From contig NC_087251.1 in the NCBI RefSeq assembly GCF_037042905.1, forward strand, positions 12,092,001-12,156,000: a stretch of 64,000 bases of DNA, in the 5' to 3' direction. Made by a program: the position numbers and the translations under genes. Under the pieces are notes generated by a model. That model was not told the DNA's origin. It did no database searches and was given only the letters and a program-made list of their open reading frames with translations. The DNA is from Lytechinus pictus. Its lineage: Eukaryota. Positions within the stretch are counted from its first letter, which is position 1, and each line of letters starts with the position of its first letter. Positions 60,992-64,000 of this stretch are shown piece after piece.

Positions 60992-63622
60992 GCCGGTGTA
61001 CCGGCGGATCCTGCGCCTGGCAGATACTGTTCTAGGCACCAAATCCGCCGGCGGATCGTGTTCTACTCTGGCGGATTCACTACCACTCTCTTCGGAAGAT
61101 ATCGTTCTTGCGCTATCGCGATATCATTCATTCACATACGTCACGTGGTACGAGAAAACTAGTCAAAAGCGGTAGATTTCATCAATTAAAGCTTGCAGAA
61201 AAAGATATTTATGTTATCTCTATGTGATATGAGTGAAAAAATAAAATGCGTAATCTGAAAGGGGAAAATAACGCATTTTCTTGTTACAACTCTATGGAAT
61301 TACACCACTTCTACATTGCGAGGCCGGTGAAAGCATTTTCGAAACCCGATATATTCAGCTGTAAGCGATGACTGCATGAAACTTGCATTTCTGTTTTTAG
61401 TTTAAATTAATAGCTTTCGATTTGTCTGATTTGTCAATTAAATTTTGGGGTCTGGGTCTTTAAATAGTCCACACTTAGTCTTCATTCAACTGTCAATGTC
61501 TGCTGCACTACTAGTATACAAAGAATTTTCCCCCAAGATAATGATTGTATTCAAATAACATGCATTTGTTAATTTATTTCATACCTATTAATTTATTGCA
61601 GTATGACAAATCCTTCTTATCACAATTTTAGGGATAAATTGGGCACAATATGCATCGATTAATACAGAGTATTAAATGAAGGCAAACAATGGCAGTTTCG
61701 ATAATTAAAATCAGTATTTTGTATTAAAGGGATGGTCCGGGCTGAAAATATTCATATCTTAATACATAGAGCAGAATTCACTGAGCAAAATGCTGAAAAT
61801 TTCATCAAAATCGGATAACAAATAATAAAGTTATTGAAGTTTAAAGTTTAGCAATATTTTGTGAAAACAGTCGTCATGAATATTCATTAGATGGGCTGAT
61901 GATGTCACATCCCCACTTTCCGTTTTCTTATGTTATTACATAAAATCATATTTTTTTCATTATTTCATACTTGTGTGAATAATATGTCTCTTTTATAATG
62001 AAATAAGTTGCAGCAATAAATATCTAATGCACTAAATCAATTGTCAATCCAATTTTTCTCGTTATTGGAGGAAAAAAATTGAACCTAATTTCATATAATA
62101 AAATACAAAAGAACAAGTGGAGATGTGACATCATCAGCCCACCAAATGAATATTCATGACGACTGTTTTCACAAAATATTGCTAAACTTTAAAATTCAAT
62201 AACTTTGTTATTTGTTATCCGATTTTGATGAAATTTTCGGCATTTTGCTCAGTGAATTCTACTCTATTTGTTAAGCTATAAATACTTTCAGCCCGGACCA
62301 TCCCTTTAAGCTTTCTAAAGGGAAGTATAAATAATGATCACTGCAAATGAAATTCTTGATTTACGAAATTCCAATGTATTACTATTATTTCCTCCACATT
62401 TTCTCGTATATTTTTTTTTATTTTCTCTCCCTCCCCTTCCTCTTTCTGTTTCTTCTTTTTGGTGCTATATTACCCACGCGTATACGCCCCAGATATATTA
62501 TTCATAATGTGCCAGAAAGGTTACGAAACTGGAAAAGAGGCAAAAGGGGCGAAATGAGCAGGGATAGAAAGAAAGGCAAAACAAATAAAGAAATGAAAAC
62601 CAGGAGGGGTATAGTGAGAAACAAAAGATATAAAGGAGAAATTATATTTCACTAAAGATCCCATATTGATCTTAAAATTAGATGACTGAGAGGTAAATTA
62701 GGGAGCACCAAACGGTACGTGGCGTATCTAACTTTTGTCCGGGTGAACTTCCGGTCCCCTTTAATTAATTCAGATTCCTTAACATTGAAAAAAAAAGAAT
62801 GTTTTTTTTAATTCTTTTTTTAAATACATGAAAAATTAAAAATATAGGCTTACAATTAACTACATAAGAAGTTGATCACGTTTTGACATTCTTTTTTTAT
62901 GTTTGTTAGAAATATCAAATTTATGTTTTTACCAAAAATTAGCATTCTACAAGCAATAATATTATGAGCGAACAGCAAAACATAATTATTTTCATACATA
63001 ATTTGCATCATTTATTTTGAAATATGAAGTTTTAACTTGTTGAAATTTTTCTAAACATTTGTAGTTTAAAAAACCTATAGGCCTATATGGGGTGCAAATT
63101 TTCGCCAAACAGTCTGGCAAACTGACACTAAACATGGTGTGAAAAAGCACAGTTAAAGAGGTCGATGCATACTGCGGACTGAAAAAAGTATAAAAATTCA
63201 CAAAATAGAATGATGAAAATTTCATCAAAATCTTATAATAAATAGCATAGTTTTGGCGTATGTGCCAGGTCTATGTAATACATGAAATATCGAGACATCA
63301 TTTCTCCTTTGTCAAAAGCTGTATGGATCCGCCCCTGAATAAGAATTCACTAAAGGCGGACGAACCCCCCCCCCCCCCCCCATTGCGATCGACATTGCCT
63401 GCAGAGCCGCGCATGCGCGCGCTGCCGAGGTTGTCTGTCCAAATCAATATTAAACGTATAGTCAATAGAACCAAATCCGCCGAGGAACCAAATCTGCAAA
63501 CATCAAGCCGCGTCAAACCCGGCGGATATGGTTCCGATTAAAAACGATATCGGCCATTTAGAACCATATCTGCCGGCGGATACGGTATCCGCCGGTGGAA
63601 CCAAATCCGCCGCTACACCGGC
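60992..63622. mobile_element. Probable 2.6-kb non-autonomous element with GCCGGTGTA ends and (GAACCAAATCCGCCG) subterminal repeats
   Basis: GCCGGTGTACCGGCGGAT / ATCCGCCGCTACACCGGC inverted ends; repeated ATCCGCC motifs near both ends; no convincing TSD. Confidence 0.55.
61728..62305. mobile_element. Kolobok/T2-type foldback MITE, family A
   Basis: TTAA-AGGGATGGTCCGGGCTGAAA TIRs; inverted copy of 7624-8191. Confidence 0.9.
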
Positions 63623-63669
63623 GGACAATTTGAAGGTTGATTTTGGAGGGTCAATGTTTTATTCATGAG

Positions 63670-63962
63670 AATGACGTCAAAATACGCATAATGCACTTGT
63701 ATGATTGGATAAAACGCTAATGTTTTATTCATGTAGTCATGCATTAAACATTTTTTCCCTCCCACAATTCCCTACGATATCTGTGCGAAGTGTCGTTCTT
63801 TTGGACTCTGCGAATTCCAAGTTTCTGAAACGAAATAGCTAGACTAATTATCTGTTTATAGAATTGGTGTTCGAAATCATGGTTTCTGAGTGAACTTCAT
63901 TGGAGCAGAAAATCTTGGAGGGAACATCAATACTATTCTAATGACATTCCATACGAATAAAC
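63670..63962 (+). promoter_or_regulatory. Possible promoter and first exon of a gene running off the right edge
   Basis: TGACGTCA (63672-63679), ATTGG (63704-63708), then a consensus donor AAC|GTAAGT at 63963. Confidence 0.25.
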
Positions 63963-64000
63963 GTAAGTTACGCTCATTTTCATGTTTTGATCTCACTTGC

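Overview
This is an AT-rich animal genomic window with spliced genes. The repeat landscape (tRNA-SINEs, Tx1/RTE-X/L2 LINEs, Kolobok/Harbinger/piggyBac-type MITEs, Helentron-like elements) suggests a marine invertebrate deuterostome such as a sea urchin; this is inference. Contents: (1) the first coding exon of a signal-peptide gene on the minus strand (363-497). (2) About 14 kb of transposon debris, including a 5'-truncated Tx1/L1 LINE with a clean 15-bp TSD and an RTE-X-like LINE. (3) A complete 8-exon SPATA17 gene (15004-26969, +, 356 aa) with nested MITE stacks in its introns. (4) A 36-bp minisatellite with a 317-bp higher-order repeat. (5) A degenerate tandem segmental duplication (~36.9-42.7 kb vs ~50.5-57.9 kb). 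Each copy keeps an open ORF (268 aa and 251 aa) made of two ~127-aa copies of an unrecognised basic domain, with signs of within-gene homogenisation. This orphan paralogue pair is the best candidate for something undescribed. No CRISPR array, rRNA or true tRNA gene was seen. All coordinates were read by eye; TE boundaries without a TSD are approximate.
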